DNA from: an uncultured bacterium
GTDB lineage: Bacteria; Desulfobacterota; Deferrimicrobia; J040
Length of the DNA: 64,000 bases
Direction: 5' to 3'
Assembly (NCBI GenBank): GCA_964429585.1
Contig: CAYSCN010000001.1
Coordinates: forward strand, 49,809 to 113,808
Position 1 is the stretch's first letter, and every line of letters begins with the position of its first letter. Shown piece after piece: positions 52,865 through 61,812 of the stretch. The notes below the pieces were generated by a model, which worked only from the letters and a program-made list of their open reading frames with translations, was not told the origin of the DNA and did no database searches. The position numbers and the translations under genes were made by a program.

Positions 52865-54655
52865 TCACCGGCTTGTATTCAGCTCCTCTATGAGAGATTC
52901 GATTTTTTCGAGAGCTCGAGTCAGTTTCTCTTCTTCGCTTTTCGTTACCTCTGCCCGCTCGAGTCTTTTTTTCATTGCCGCATCCATTGCTCCCCGGGTC
53001 GATTTGAGTGCCTCTTCCATCCTGCTTGCGAGAGCTGAGGTGAACTTTCTGAAGGTGTTGTCGATGTTTTGCAGCGTGACCCATCTTAGGTTTTCCACGT
53101 TGTGAAGAACCAGTTCTTCCACGTGTTTCATCATTCTCTTTTTGACCCTTCCTTTTCTGATACCCGGTGGCAGAAGCGCGTCTGCAGCCCCTTCTGGGAC
53201 GAAGGATAGGCTGGCGCTCCATTTGTGGGTAACCCAGTAAGGCTCCTTTTCTACGACGAATCTGGAAGCTCCTTCGAGAGTTCTATATGGGATGTCGAAG
53301 AGTTCTGCGGCTGTTTTTCTTATCGAGCCTATGAGCTCGTCGGCTTTCTGTTCAAATGGGGTGAGGGCTTCTGTTATTCGGTCTTCCATCTTTCGGGACA
53401 TCTCTCCCAAGAGTCTCTCGAAATATCCCGGAATTGACTCAGATATGGCATCTCTTACCCTTTTATCGAGGTTTTTCTCGCTTCCGCACCTTGCAATCGT
53501 TTCGTCCACGACTCTTTCGAGGAACTCCCTCGCTTCGCTCCTCAGCGATTCGGCCTGTTTTTCGAGGAACTCCACGGTCCTTTTTCTTTCTCCGCTGATC
53601 ATGTCGTCGAAGGTTATCTTTTGCCTTTCGATTTCTTTGAGTTTTTCGTCGAAGATTCTGGTTTTTTCCTCCAGCTCTTCTATCGGAAGGAGATACGATT
53701 TGATGAGGAGATTCAGCCTCATCTGAATGTCCAGCATGACGTCGTGCGCTTTCCTCGAAATGGCTTCCACGAAAACACGTTCCTTCTCGCGCGCGAGGAA
53801 TTCTACCAGGAAGCTCTCAACGATTCCCATTCCGCTTTTTTCCCACAGAATTTCGTCCCCTGCCTGTCTGGCTTTGAGCCCGTCTCTCGCCGAGGTCAGG
53901 AAGATCTGGACGTCGGAGACACCAGCCTGATCGCGCAAAACGTCGGTTATGAACTCTTTGATCTGAGATCGTTCATCTTCATCAAGGTAGTCCACCTTGT
54001 TTATCACGAAAAAGAGCCTCGAAACCTTCTTTTTGACTTCCTTGAGGAATTCTATTTCCACTTCGGTTATTGGAGGATCGGCTGATACCATGAAGAGTGC
54101 CGCATCGCACTCGGCGAGGAAGTTCAGAGTCGCTTCTGTGTTGTGCTTGAAAGTGGAACCGATTCCTGGAGTGTCGATCAACACCACGCTCCTTCCGAGT
54201 ATCGAGGAAGGGATCGCTACTTCCACCTGAGAGACGGCTTTTTCGTTTTTAGGGTTTTTCTCTTCCGTGACGTATTCTTCGAGAACCTGCCTGGCTTCGT
54301 CGGGGGAAGATGCGTCGATTCTTTCCGTTTTCCCGTTCTGAAATGTGACAGAGATTTCCAGGCGGTCCGAGGTCTTGAGAAAAGTGGGGATGGCTGTGAG
54401 CGGCACGACTGATGACGGGAGGACCTTTGCACCTATGAGAGCGTTCAAGAACGTGCTTTTCCCTCTTTTGAACTGACCGAGGACGGCCAGGTGAAACCTC
54501 TCATTCTCGAGACGGGTTTTGAGAGAATCGAGCATCTTTCTTGTGCCTTCCAGTTCATCCCCGAAGATGGTCGCGAGAGCCACGCCTTCCTCTATTATTT
54601 CTTTCAGCTTTTCGCCGGTCAGACCGGGTGAACTTTTCAGTCTCGTCTCGCTCAT
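52865..54655 (-). CDS. Bacterial dynamin-like GTPase
   Basis: G1 GQFKRGKST, G3 DTPG, G4 NKVD, long helical C-terminal region. Confidence 0.85.
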   Translation of the reverse strand: MSETRLKSSPGLTGEKLKEIIEEGVALATIFGDELEGTRKMLDSLKTRLENERFHLAVLGQFKRGKSTFLNALIGAKVLPSSVVPLTAIPTFLKTSDRLEISVTFQNGKTERIDASSPDEARQVLEEYVTEEKNPKNEKAVSQVEVAIPSSILGRSVVLIDTPGIGSTFKHNTEATLNFLAECDAALFMVSADPPITEVEIEFLKEVKKKVSRLFFVINKVDYLDEDERSQIKEFITDVLRDQAGVSDVQIFLTSARDGLKARQAGDEILWEKSGMGIVESFLVEFLAREKERVFVEAISRKAHDVMLDIQMRLNLLIKSYLLPIEELEEKTRIFDEKLKEIERQKITFDDMISGERKRTVEFLEKQAESLRSEAREFLERVVDETIARCGSEKNLDKRVRDAISESIPGYFERLLGEMSRKMEDRITEALTPFEQKADELIGSIRKTAAELFDIPYRTLEGASRFVVEKEPYWVTHKWSASLSFVPEGAADALLPPGIRKGRVKKRMMKHVEELVLHNVENLRWVTLQNIDNTFRKFTSALASRMEEALKSTRGAMDAAMKKRLERAEVTKSEEEKLTRALEKIESLIEELNTSR

Positions 54656-54664
54656 TTTTACTCC

Positions 54665-55090
54665 TCACTCGGATAAACCCTCGAAAATTCGAATCACCTT
54701 TTCCGCCCATTCCTCCTGGTTCGGGATGAGGTTTTCGTCGGGAGGCCTCGGGAACCAGTGGGGACATCCCCCGCATAGCTTCCAGGTTTCTTTTATTACT
54801 TTTTTCCCGGTCAATTTGAAGAACCACCGGCATGAGAACGTGTATATAGGATGGGAGTTGCTGCGGAACCTGACCGGTATTAAATACAGGCAAGGTCTTT
54901 TTTCGGTGGATAGTTCGTCTGGGATCGAGCAGGGAGAACACCAGCGATCGATAAGTTCTCCGGGATCTGGTGACGAATCCAGATGCCTGGGGCCGGCTGC
55001 CTTGCAGTGGAGATTCCAGATGGTTCCATTGCTCCATATTTCTCCGAAGGGGCAGCTGATATGGGTGAGTTCATCGTTTTTGAGGAGCAT
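54665..55090 (-). CDS. Cys-rich hypothetical protein, first gene under the fluoride riboswitch
   Basis: 141 aa, 8 Cys including CSPC and CGGC; AGGAG SD lies in the terminator stem; 9 bp from the dynamin start. Confidence 0.7.
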   Translation of the reverse strand: MLLKNDELTHISCPFGEIWSNGTIWNLHCKAAGPRHLDSSPDPGELIDRWCSPCSIPDELSTEKRPCLYLIPVRFRSNSHPIYTFSCRWFFKLTGKKVIKETWKLCGGCPHWFPRPPDENLIPNQEEWAEKVIRIFEGLSE

Positions 55091-55124
55091 AAAAAAACTC
55101 CTGCCACTGCAAAAGTGCAGGAGT
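55091..55124 (-). terminator. Riboswitch expression platform (intrinsic terminator)
   Basis: ACTCCTG-CAC...GTG-G-CAGGAGT then TTTTTT directly before the ATG. Confidence 0.85.
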
Positions 55125-55164
55125 CATCAGCCCTGCCGGGCGGTTAGAGGCGGACTCCATCGCC
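55117..55164 (-). ncRNA. Fluoride (crcB) riboswitch aptamer
   Basis: GGCGATGGAGTCCGCC-TCTAACC-GCCC-GGCA-GGGC-TGATGACTCCTGC: P1 GGCG/CGCC, pseudoknot GGAGU/ACUCC, conserved GAUG and UGAUG. Confidence 0.92.
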
Positions 55165-55173
55165 TTTTGAAAA

Positions 55174-55203
55174 ATTATATGGACGGGTGCACTTTTGAGT
55201 CAA
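55174..55203 (-). promoter_or_regulatory. sigma70 promoter feeding the riboswitch
   Basis: TTGACT-18 nt-TATAAT; predicted TSS a few nt before the aptamer. Confidence 0.75.
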
Positions 55204-55291
55204 GATGAAACGCCGTGTGAAACCCGGAAGTTTTTTCAAGGATTCGTCGTTTCGGCCGTATGTGTTTGGCATCTCGTCGGAGGCAATAGGG

Positions 55292-57715
55292 TCATTTGCC
55301 TCGTGAAGGACCTGCTTTCTCCATGCTCGGGACGATCGCCAGGTGATTGGTGAAGTTGGACCTTTCGTCGATGTCGAGCGTGACGTTTCTGTATTCTCCC
55401 TTCAGCCACAGTGGGAACTGATCCCTGTAGTGCTCCTCGAAGTAGTATCCCGATTGACCGGTGGTTATCACGACTCTGGCTCTGTCCGCCTGCGCTGGTG
55501 ATACGACGAGCCTGAACGAAGGACCCACGGCGGCGGTGAAGTCGCTCCCGTGAGCAAACTCCATCTTCCATACGGTTCTTCCGCTCCCCGGCGCTTTTGC
55601 TGGACCTATGTTGAAGAACTTCCGAAAATACCATTTCTTGCCGAACGGGTGCCTCATCACCACCCGGTGGAGCTCTCCCCACTTCCAGGAGCTGAGGTCG
55701 TCCCCGAACTTTTCCCTGAGGAAGTCGATGGTTTCTGCGAAGCTCTTTTTCACCACGTCCTCGATGGTTTCCCGCCTGTCCCTGGTGTTTACGTCGTCGA
55801 ACCACCGGGAGTCGGGTTTGTCGAACATCAGGCGAGTCAGGGAGAGCACCGGCACCCTGAGAGTTCGGCTGAATATCCGGTAACCATCGGGGCCCAGTTC
55901 ATCGCCGAAGGTGTTTTTCAGGACTTCTTCGTAGAGAACCTCGAATATCGTCGCGCCGATGCTGTCTACGCTGAAGTCGCCATTCCATTTCTCGAGCTGC
56001 TTCAGAGCTTCGCTCCAGAGAGGGTTCTTGGGTTCTGTCCCCTCGAGGAGTTTCAAGAATAGGGCAACCTCTCTTTCCGCGCCGGCCATCTTCGTGTCGG
56101 TCTGGAGATCGATGAGCTCATCCAGGGAAAATTTTTCTTTCGATTCGAGGAAGGAGATTATTCTCTTTCCCCTTGCCGGGGGTTCGTAAACAGAGGAGAT
56201 GTAAGGCTTGCTTCCGGGCGGCAAAGGTGGAAAATTGGCTGTGACGATGAAACCTTCCGGTGGGTCGATGGTTCGAGGGTTCTCTCTGAAGGGGAGATAT
56301 CCTTTCCAGTCGTATTTACCGGTTTCCCCTGGAACGGGAATGGGGGGGTGGTTTTTTTCTCTTACCGGTATCCTGCCTGCGAGAACGTAGCCTATGTGTC
56401 CGTCTGCCGTGGCAAACACGACGTTCTGCGCAGGAAACTGGAAATAGGAAAGCGCCTTCACCACATCGGAGACGCTCTTTGCTGAGTTGAGCAGCAAAAA
56501 CGAGCGAAGGTGGTCGCCTGTGGCGTCAAACCCCGTCCATCTGACTGCGAATTCGCCATCAATTCCGCTGAATATCGGAGTCATGATGGGACCGTGAACC
56601 GTCTTTCTGAGGATCAATGATTCCTCGGTGCCGCCTCTGACCGGTATGGTCGATTCTTTCGATTCCACGTTGAGCTTCTTTACACCGTGTCGGTAAGTTC
56701 CATCGCTGGATATCTTTTCCAGGTAAAGATCCAGGTCGTCCATCATGACGTTGGTGAAACCCCAAGCCACGTAGCGGTTGAAGCCTATTATTACGAACGG
56801 TGCTCCAGGAAAGGAGAATCCGTAGACGTCCAGTTCGGGCGAGACCAGGTGATTTTCGAACCAGACGGATGGAGCGGTGAGAGGAAGGTGCGGATCGTTG
56901 AAAAGATATGGTTTTCCGTCATCGACCCTGGAACCGGATATGACCCATGAATTGGAGCCTCCAGATATCGGGAAAAATGGAAATGAGAGAACTACATCGA
57001 GAATGTTTCTCAGTTTTGATAAGGAGTTTTTCGAAAGCCGCGGGACGGTCCCTTCACGCAGGATCGAGATCCCGTATATATCCTTCCCGTATGGGTTGAT
57101 GTCCCGGAAGAGTTTCTCTCCCGCTTTTGCGAGAACTGTGTAATACGCGAGCTCCTCCAACCACTGCGCGAGGCCGAAGCCTTTGAGGAGTGAAAGCAGC
57201 ATGATGTCTTTCCCGGTGAACGGTTCTGGTTTGTAGAAAAGTATCCTCGCCTCTGGCGGTGGTTTTTTCATCGCCTTCATTGCATCGTTTACCCCCGCGA
57301 CGTATCGGTCGACGAGAATTTTGAGATCGGGGGCGAGCTGGAGATACATTTCTTCCGCCTTTTCGACGAACGCGAGGGATCGGAAGAACCGATCGATTGG
57401 AAGAGCGTCTCCCCCGTATATCTCGGAGAGCCTGCCAGAGGCGAGCCGTCTTTCCGTATCCATCTGAAAGAGTCGTTCCTGAGCGTGCACGTATCCCTGG
57501 GAGTATATGAGGTCTCCCATGTTTTCGGCCACGATGTGGACGACTCCCCACCTGTCTCTGTATATGTGCACTGGAGCCTCGACGCGGCCTATCACCGCTC
57601 CTTCTCTTTTGGGAAGGCTCGATCGAAAAATGCTGGAGCATTGTACGAGCAACAGACTCGTTAAGGTGAAGAAAAGAATTATCCCCGTAACTCGTCGTTT
57701 TGCGGAAGAGATCAC
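55292..57715 (-). CDS. Penicillin acylase family Ntn-hydrolase
   Basis: N-terminal TM, IYRDRWGVVHI, QERLFQMD, GGSNSW (catalytic Ser), NDPHL. Confidence 0.9.
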   Translation of the reverse strand: MISSAKRRVTGIILFFTLTSLLLVQCSSIFRSSLPKREGAVIGRVEAPVHIYRDRWGVVHIVAENMGDLIYSQGYVHAQERLFQMDTERRLASGRLSEIYGGDALPIDRFFRSLAFVEKAEEMYLQLAPDLKILVDRYVAGVNDAMKAMKKPPPEARILFYKPEPFTGKDIMLLSLLKGFGLAQWLEELAYYTVLAKAGEKLFRDINPYGKDIYGISILREGTVPRLSKNSLSKLRNILDVVLSFPFFPISGGSNSWVISGSRVDDGKPYLFNDPHLPLTAPSVWFENHLVSPELDVYGFSFPGAPFVIIGFNRYVAWGFTNVMMDDLDLYLEKISSDGTYRHGVKKLNVESKESTIPVRGGTEESLILRKTVHGPIMTPIFSGIDGEFAVRWTGFDATGDHLRSFLLLNSAKSVSDVVKALSYFQFPAQNVVFATADGHIGYVLAGRIPVREKNHPPIPVPGETGKYDWKGYLPFRENPRTIDPPEGFIVTANFPPLPPGSKPYISSVYEPPARGKRIISFLESKEKFSLDELIDLQTDTKMAGAEREVALFLKLLEGTEPKNPLWSEALKQLEKWNGDFSVDSIGATIFEVLYEEVLKNTFGDELGPDGYRIFSRTLRVPVLSLTRLMFDKPDSRWFDDVNTRDRRETIEDVVKKSFAETIDFLREKFGDDLSSWKWGELHRVVMRHPFGKKWYFRKFFNIGPAKAPGSGRTVWKMEFAHGSDFTAAVGPSFRLVVSPAQADRARVVITTGQSGYYFEEHYRDQFPLWLKGEYRNVTLDIDERSNFTNHLAIVPSMEKAGPSRGK

Positions 57716-58794
57716 TTAGGCTGGGCTTCCCCCTTCTTTTTGAAGATCTTCGACTTCACCTTCGAGAGGACCAGCTCGAAGGGTTCTCCTGTATATTCCC
57801 TGATGAGCCTCTTCATTTCCGAGAGGTACCGCTCTATGTGAGGCCACTTTTCCTTTATTTTTTCCATCTGGTTATTGTATGCTTCTTCGTATTTCTTCTT
57901 TATTTTCTCCGATAGCTGTTTCCTTTTTTTCGAATCGCTCGGGTAAACTTTGCGGGGAATGAAATCGTATATGGGCTCGTGGATTTTCACGTCTGTGGAA
58001 TCCAGGTGAAAAATTTCTATGTTGTCGATCGTGTAGACTTTTCCGTCTTCCGTCGCCATGTAATGGCCGAATCTGAGAGCGCAACCTATGGCGTCTCCAA
58101 GAGCATCGCATCTGGCGACTCCCTCTGCTATCCACTCCCAGTTCTTCAGGAAGTAGTCGGGATCAAGCGAATCGTCCAGGTATATGTTGATCCCTCTTTC
58201 GATCGGTTTTATCAGGATTTCCTCTCCCTGTGGGGTTGTGTGCAGGTATACCGGCTGGGAAGGGATGTCCAGGATGGGGGGGAGGCCGCTGAATATGTAT
58301 TCGCCAGTGCACCCGAACCGGGAAATGTAGAGATCGAACTTTTCTCCGTCGTCGGTCACCACGGATATCTTCGTGTCCTTGTGTATCTTGTCCACCAGCT
58401 GGACGTCATCCACGTAGAAATCCTTTGGTTTCTTGCCTTTCAGCTTTCCGAGGAGCTCGAGGATTGCTTTTTTGAGGCCCGTAAGCTTGAGCTTTGAGCT
58501 GAATATTTTCACTCTCGACTCTTTCGGTAGAGAGCGAATTGCTCCCCTCACCCAGTTCACGTAGGAGTGCCCGATGCTTATCGGTAACATGTCCGTGCTG
58601 GACGGGTCGAGGAGCTCGTCTATCCTCGCCTGCCAGAGCGGTATGTGCATGTTGAGGAATTCCTGAGGATTTTCGACTCCCAGAATTGTCAACAATTTTT
58701 CCCTGTCTTTCTGTTTTCTCTCGGATGCCGGTATGCTGAAAAATCTTCTGAGTGCCCGTTCATACCTTTGCAACTCTTTCTTCAAAGGGTTCAT
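57712..58794 (-). CDS. Hypothetical protein, possible degenerate kinase-like fold
   Basis: 360 aa; GDAIGCALRFGHYMATEDGKVYTIDN resembles PI3K/HipA-like catalytic spacing; GTGA overlap with the acylase. Confidence 0.6.
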   Translation of the reverse strand: MNPLKKELQRYERALRRFFSIPASERKQKDREKLLTILGVENPQEFLNMHIPLWQARIDELLDPSSTDMLPISIGHSYVNWVRGAIRSLPKESRVKIFSSKLKLTGLKKAILELLGKLKGKKPKDFYVDDVQLVDKIHKDTKISVVTDDGEKFDLYISRFGCTGEYIFSGLPPILDIPSQPVYLHTTPQGEEILIKPIERGINIYLDDSLDPDYFLKNWEWIAEGVARCDALGDAIGCALRFGHYMATEDGKVYTIDNIEIFHLDSTDVKIHEPIYDFIPRKVYPSDSKKRKQLSEKIKKKYEEAYNNQMEKIKEKWPHIERYLSEMKRLIREYTGEPFELVLSKVKSKIFKKKGEAQPK

Positions 58795-58993
58795 ATTTCA
58801 CCACCTATTCGGTTAACTATTCCCATTTTAGCATTAAAGTTGCACGGGTAAAACTTTTCCCTCACTGGCAGCGGTCTCGCAGAGCATGTTCCCGGCAATT
58901 TGCTGAGTCGTATGTGTTGTCCGCAGGGGAGTTCATCGGACGCCGCTGTGTTTTCACAGGATGTATAATGTTTAGAAAAAGCCGGGGGAGAAA

Positions 58994-59458
58994 ATGAATC
59001 TCAGGGAAGTGATGGAGAAATCGCTCATGATGGAGTTTGCCTCGATGCTCGTGTATCAGGAACTCGCCGGGAAGGTAATCGATGATGACGCGAGAGAAGT
59101 TCTCAGGTTCCTGGCGAGGGGCGAAGAGAGCCACGTGGCTAGGCTCGTCGACGTCTTTTCCTCCCGCCTGCGGGAGGGGGGTGAACGGCTCGAAGAGATC
59201 GGCATCATAAAAGCCCACAGAAGCCAGGCACGTGATGTGCTCGAGCGCGCCCTTCGCGAGCGGGGGGTGGGCGAAGACTCGCCGGTTCTCGATATACTCG
59301 AGTTTGCCAGGGAAGCTGAGAGGCATGCTTTTGATTACTACATGAAACTGGCGGAAATCGCGGAAGACGAGGAGCTTTCTCACCTTTTCAGGGACCTGGC
59401 AGAAGAAGAAAAGAACCATGAAGTAAGCGTGATAAGACTCAAAGACCTTTTTTCATGA
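58994..59458 (+). CDS. Ferritin/rubrerythrin-like di-iron protein
   Basis: E...Y...EESH and E...Y...EKNH repeats. Confidence 0.8.
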   Translation: MNLREVMEKSLMMEFASMLVYQELAGKVIDDDAREVLRFLARGEESHVARLVDVFSSRLREGGERLEEIGIIKAHRSQARDVLERALRERGVGEDSPVLDILEFAREAERHAFDYYMKLAEIAEDEELSHLFRDLAEEEKNHEVSVIRLKDLFS

Positions 59459-59499
59459 GGGATCGCTGCCCTTTGTCCCCTGACGGGTTCCGGAGCGCG

Positions 59500-60825
59500 T
59501 CACCTTTCCTTTTTCCTTCCCCAGAGCTTTTCGATGAATTCTTTGATGATTTTTTCATGGCCCCTGTCTGTGGGGTGGTAGAAACGGACCTTTTTGAGAG
59601 ATTCCGGGAAGTAGTTTTCTTCCACGAATCCATCGTCGAAGTCGTGAGGATAACGATAGTTTCTCCCGTAACCGAGTTCGTCCATGAGCTTTGTCGGCGA
59701 GTTCCTGAGGTGCATCGGAACCGGATGATATCCGGTTTCGTCCACGAACTTCCGGGCCCGCGCAAACGCGGTGTAGACCCTGTTGCTCTTGGGGGCGGCG
59801 GCGAGGTAAATGGCAGCTTGAGCTATGGCCAGTTCGCCTTCGGGGGATCCGAGTATGGTGAATGCCTGGTGAGCGGATAGAGCGACCGTCAGCGCGCCGG
59901 GGTCGGCGTTTCCCACGTCTTCGGAGGCGAATCGAATCATCCTTCTGGCTATGTAGAGAGGGTCTTCGCCGCTATTGAGCATTCTTACGAGCCAGTATAA
60001 GGCGGCGTCAGGGTCGGATCCTCTCAGAGACTTGTGGAAGGCGCTGATCAGGTTGTAATGCTCTTCCCCGCTTTTGTCGTAAAGGAGTGCTTTCCTGCGA
60101 AGGGCCTCCTCAGCTACCTGGAGGTCGATTTTCTTTTTGCCTCTGGACGCGGCGATAAACGTGGATGCTTCCACTGCGTTTATGAGGGATCTCGCGTCCC
60201 CGTGCGAGCTTCTGATCAGATGCTTTTTCGCCTCTTCCGTGAAGCTGTATCCTTCCCTGGCCACTCCGTGTTCAGGATGGTTCAGCGCCCTTTCGAATAT
60301 CTTCTCCATGTCGGCATCGGTCAGGCTTTCGAGCACGAGGACTCTCAGGCGAGATAAAAGAGCTCCGCGAATCTCGAACGATGGGTTCTCCGTCGTGGTT
60401 CCAATGAGGGTGACCGTGCCGTCTTCAACGAAGGGGAGAAGGGCATCCTGCTGTGACTTGTTGAAGCGGTGGATTTCGTCGATGAAGAGGATGATCGGTT
60501 TATCGGATTTGAGCTTCCTGCTTGAGGCTTCCCTGATGGTGTCTTTTATTTCTTTGATTCCCGAGAGGACCGCAGAAAAAGTTAGAAACGTGGCTCCCAG
60601 TTCCCTGGCTATTATCCTGGCCAGGGTGGTCTTTCCGGAACCTGGAGGCCCCCAGAAAATCAGGGATGGGAGGCGTTTTTCCTTGATGGCGGATGAGAGG
60701 AACTTCCCTTCTCCGAGTATGTGTTCCTGCCCCACGAACTCGGATAGGCTCTTAGGCCTCAGCCTGTCGGCCAGGGGAGCGTTTTTCTTCCTCTCCCTCT
60801 CGTATATCTTTTCGAAGAGGTCCAT
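59500..60825 (-). CDS. rarA: Replication-associated recombination protein A
   Basis: PLADRLRP, WGPPGSGKT, DEIHRFNK, SAFHKSLRGSD, SEDVGNADP. Confidence 0.95.
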   Translation of the reverse strand: MDLFEKIYERERKKNAPLADRLRPKSLSEFVGQEHILGEGKFLSSAIKEKRLPSLIFWGPPGSGKTTLARIIARELGATFLTFSAVLSGIKEIKDTIREASSRKLKSDKPIILFIDEIHRFNKSQQDALLPFVEDGTVTLIGTTTENPSFEIRGALLSRLRVLVLESLTDADMEKIFERALNHPEHGVAREGYSFTEEAKKHLIRSSHGDARSLINAVEASTFIAASRGKKKIDLQVAEEALRRKALLYDKSGEEHYNLISAFHKSLRGSDPDAALYWLVRMLNSGEDPLYIARRMIRFASEDVGNADPGALTVALSAHQAFTILGSPEGELAIAQAAIYLAAAPKSNRVYTAFARARKFVDETGYHPVPMHLRNSPTKLMDELGYGRNYRYPHDFDDGFVEENYFPESLKKVRFYHPTDRGHEKIIKEFIEKLWGRKKER

Positions 60826-60951
60826 AAACTATCTTTATTTTATGATACTTGTGAAAAACCAATTCTGATAAAATTCTCAACAATAAAATTCTACCCGCAT
60901 AATTGCGGCTCCGAAAGTGGGGGAGTGAACCTTTCGAGAGAAGAGGGACCC

Positions 60952-61806
60952 GTGGAGCGTTTCGGCATCATCGCAAAGCACACGGAAGAGGAAGCCGTAG
61001 CAGTCGTCAGCGAACTCGCCGGGTGGCTTAAGGAGAGAGGAAAGGAAGTTTTCCTCGACAGGGAAACGGCGATAGTGATGAGAGAAGAGGCGGGAGTTCT
61101 TCGTTCCCGCCTTCCGGAAGTTGCTGACATCCTGATATCCATAGGCGGCGATGGGACGCTCCTTTCCGCCGCCCGCGTTGTGGGGACGTCCGGTATTCCG
61201 ATTCTGGCGGTCAACATGGGGAGTCTCGGCTTCATCACTGCAATAACGCTCGAGGAGCTGTATCCTGTCATGGATATGCTCATAGGCGGGAAGGCGGAAT
61301 ACGACGAGAGGATGATGCTCGTTTGTCACGTGCACAGGATGGGAGAGCGGGTTGCGAATTACACGGTGCTCAACGACGTGGTCATAAACAAGGGGGCTCT
61401 GGCTAAGATAATAGACATAGAGACCTGGGTGAACGAGCATTATCTGACCACTTTCAAGGCAGACGGGTTGATAATTTCCACGCCTACCGGCTCCACTGCA
61501 TATTCTCTTTCCGCCGGTGGGCCGATAGTCTTCCCCAGTCTCGAATGCATACTCATAACCCCTATATGTCCCCATACTCTTACAAATAGACCCATCGTTT
61601 TGTCCCAGGACGTGGTGGTGAGGGCGAGGCTGAAGAGCAAGGAGACGGATGTTCTGCTCACGCTCGACGGTCAGGTGGGATTCGGTTTGAAAGAAGAGGA
61701 CATCATAGAAGTAAGAAGATCCGAGAAGCCTCTCAAGCTGGTTCGCTCGCCGTTCAAGGATTATTTCAGCGTTCTTCGAGCAAAACTCAAGTGGGGAGAG
61801 AGGTGA
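60952..61806 (+). CDS. nadK: NAD kinase
   Basis: GGDGT, GSLGF, LND, DGLIISTPTGSTAY; start could be 60925. Confidence 0.95.
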   Translation: MERFGIIAKHTEEEAVAVVSELAGWLKERGKEVFLDRETAIVMREEAGVLRSRLPEVADILISIGGDGTLLSAARVVGTSGIPILAVNMGSLGFITAITLEELYPVMDMLIGGKAEYDERMMLVCHVHRMGERVANYTVLNDVVINKGALAKIIDIETWVNEHYLTTFKADGLIISTPTGSTAYSLSAGGPIVFPSLECILITPICPHTLTNRPIVLSQDVVVRARLKSKETDVLLTLDGQVGFGLKEEDIIEVRRSEKPLKLVRSPFKDYFSVLRAKLKWGER

Positions 61807-61812
61807 TGCCAG

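Noticed and set aside
49130-55300. Genomic island integrated at tRNA-Lys carrying cfa, hgcAB and dynamin
   Set aside because: No integrase and no downstream direct repeat of the tRNA 3' end found by eye; a normal terminator follows the tRNA.
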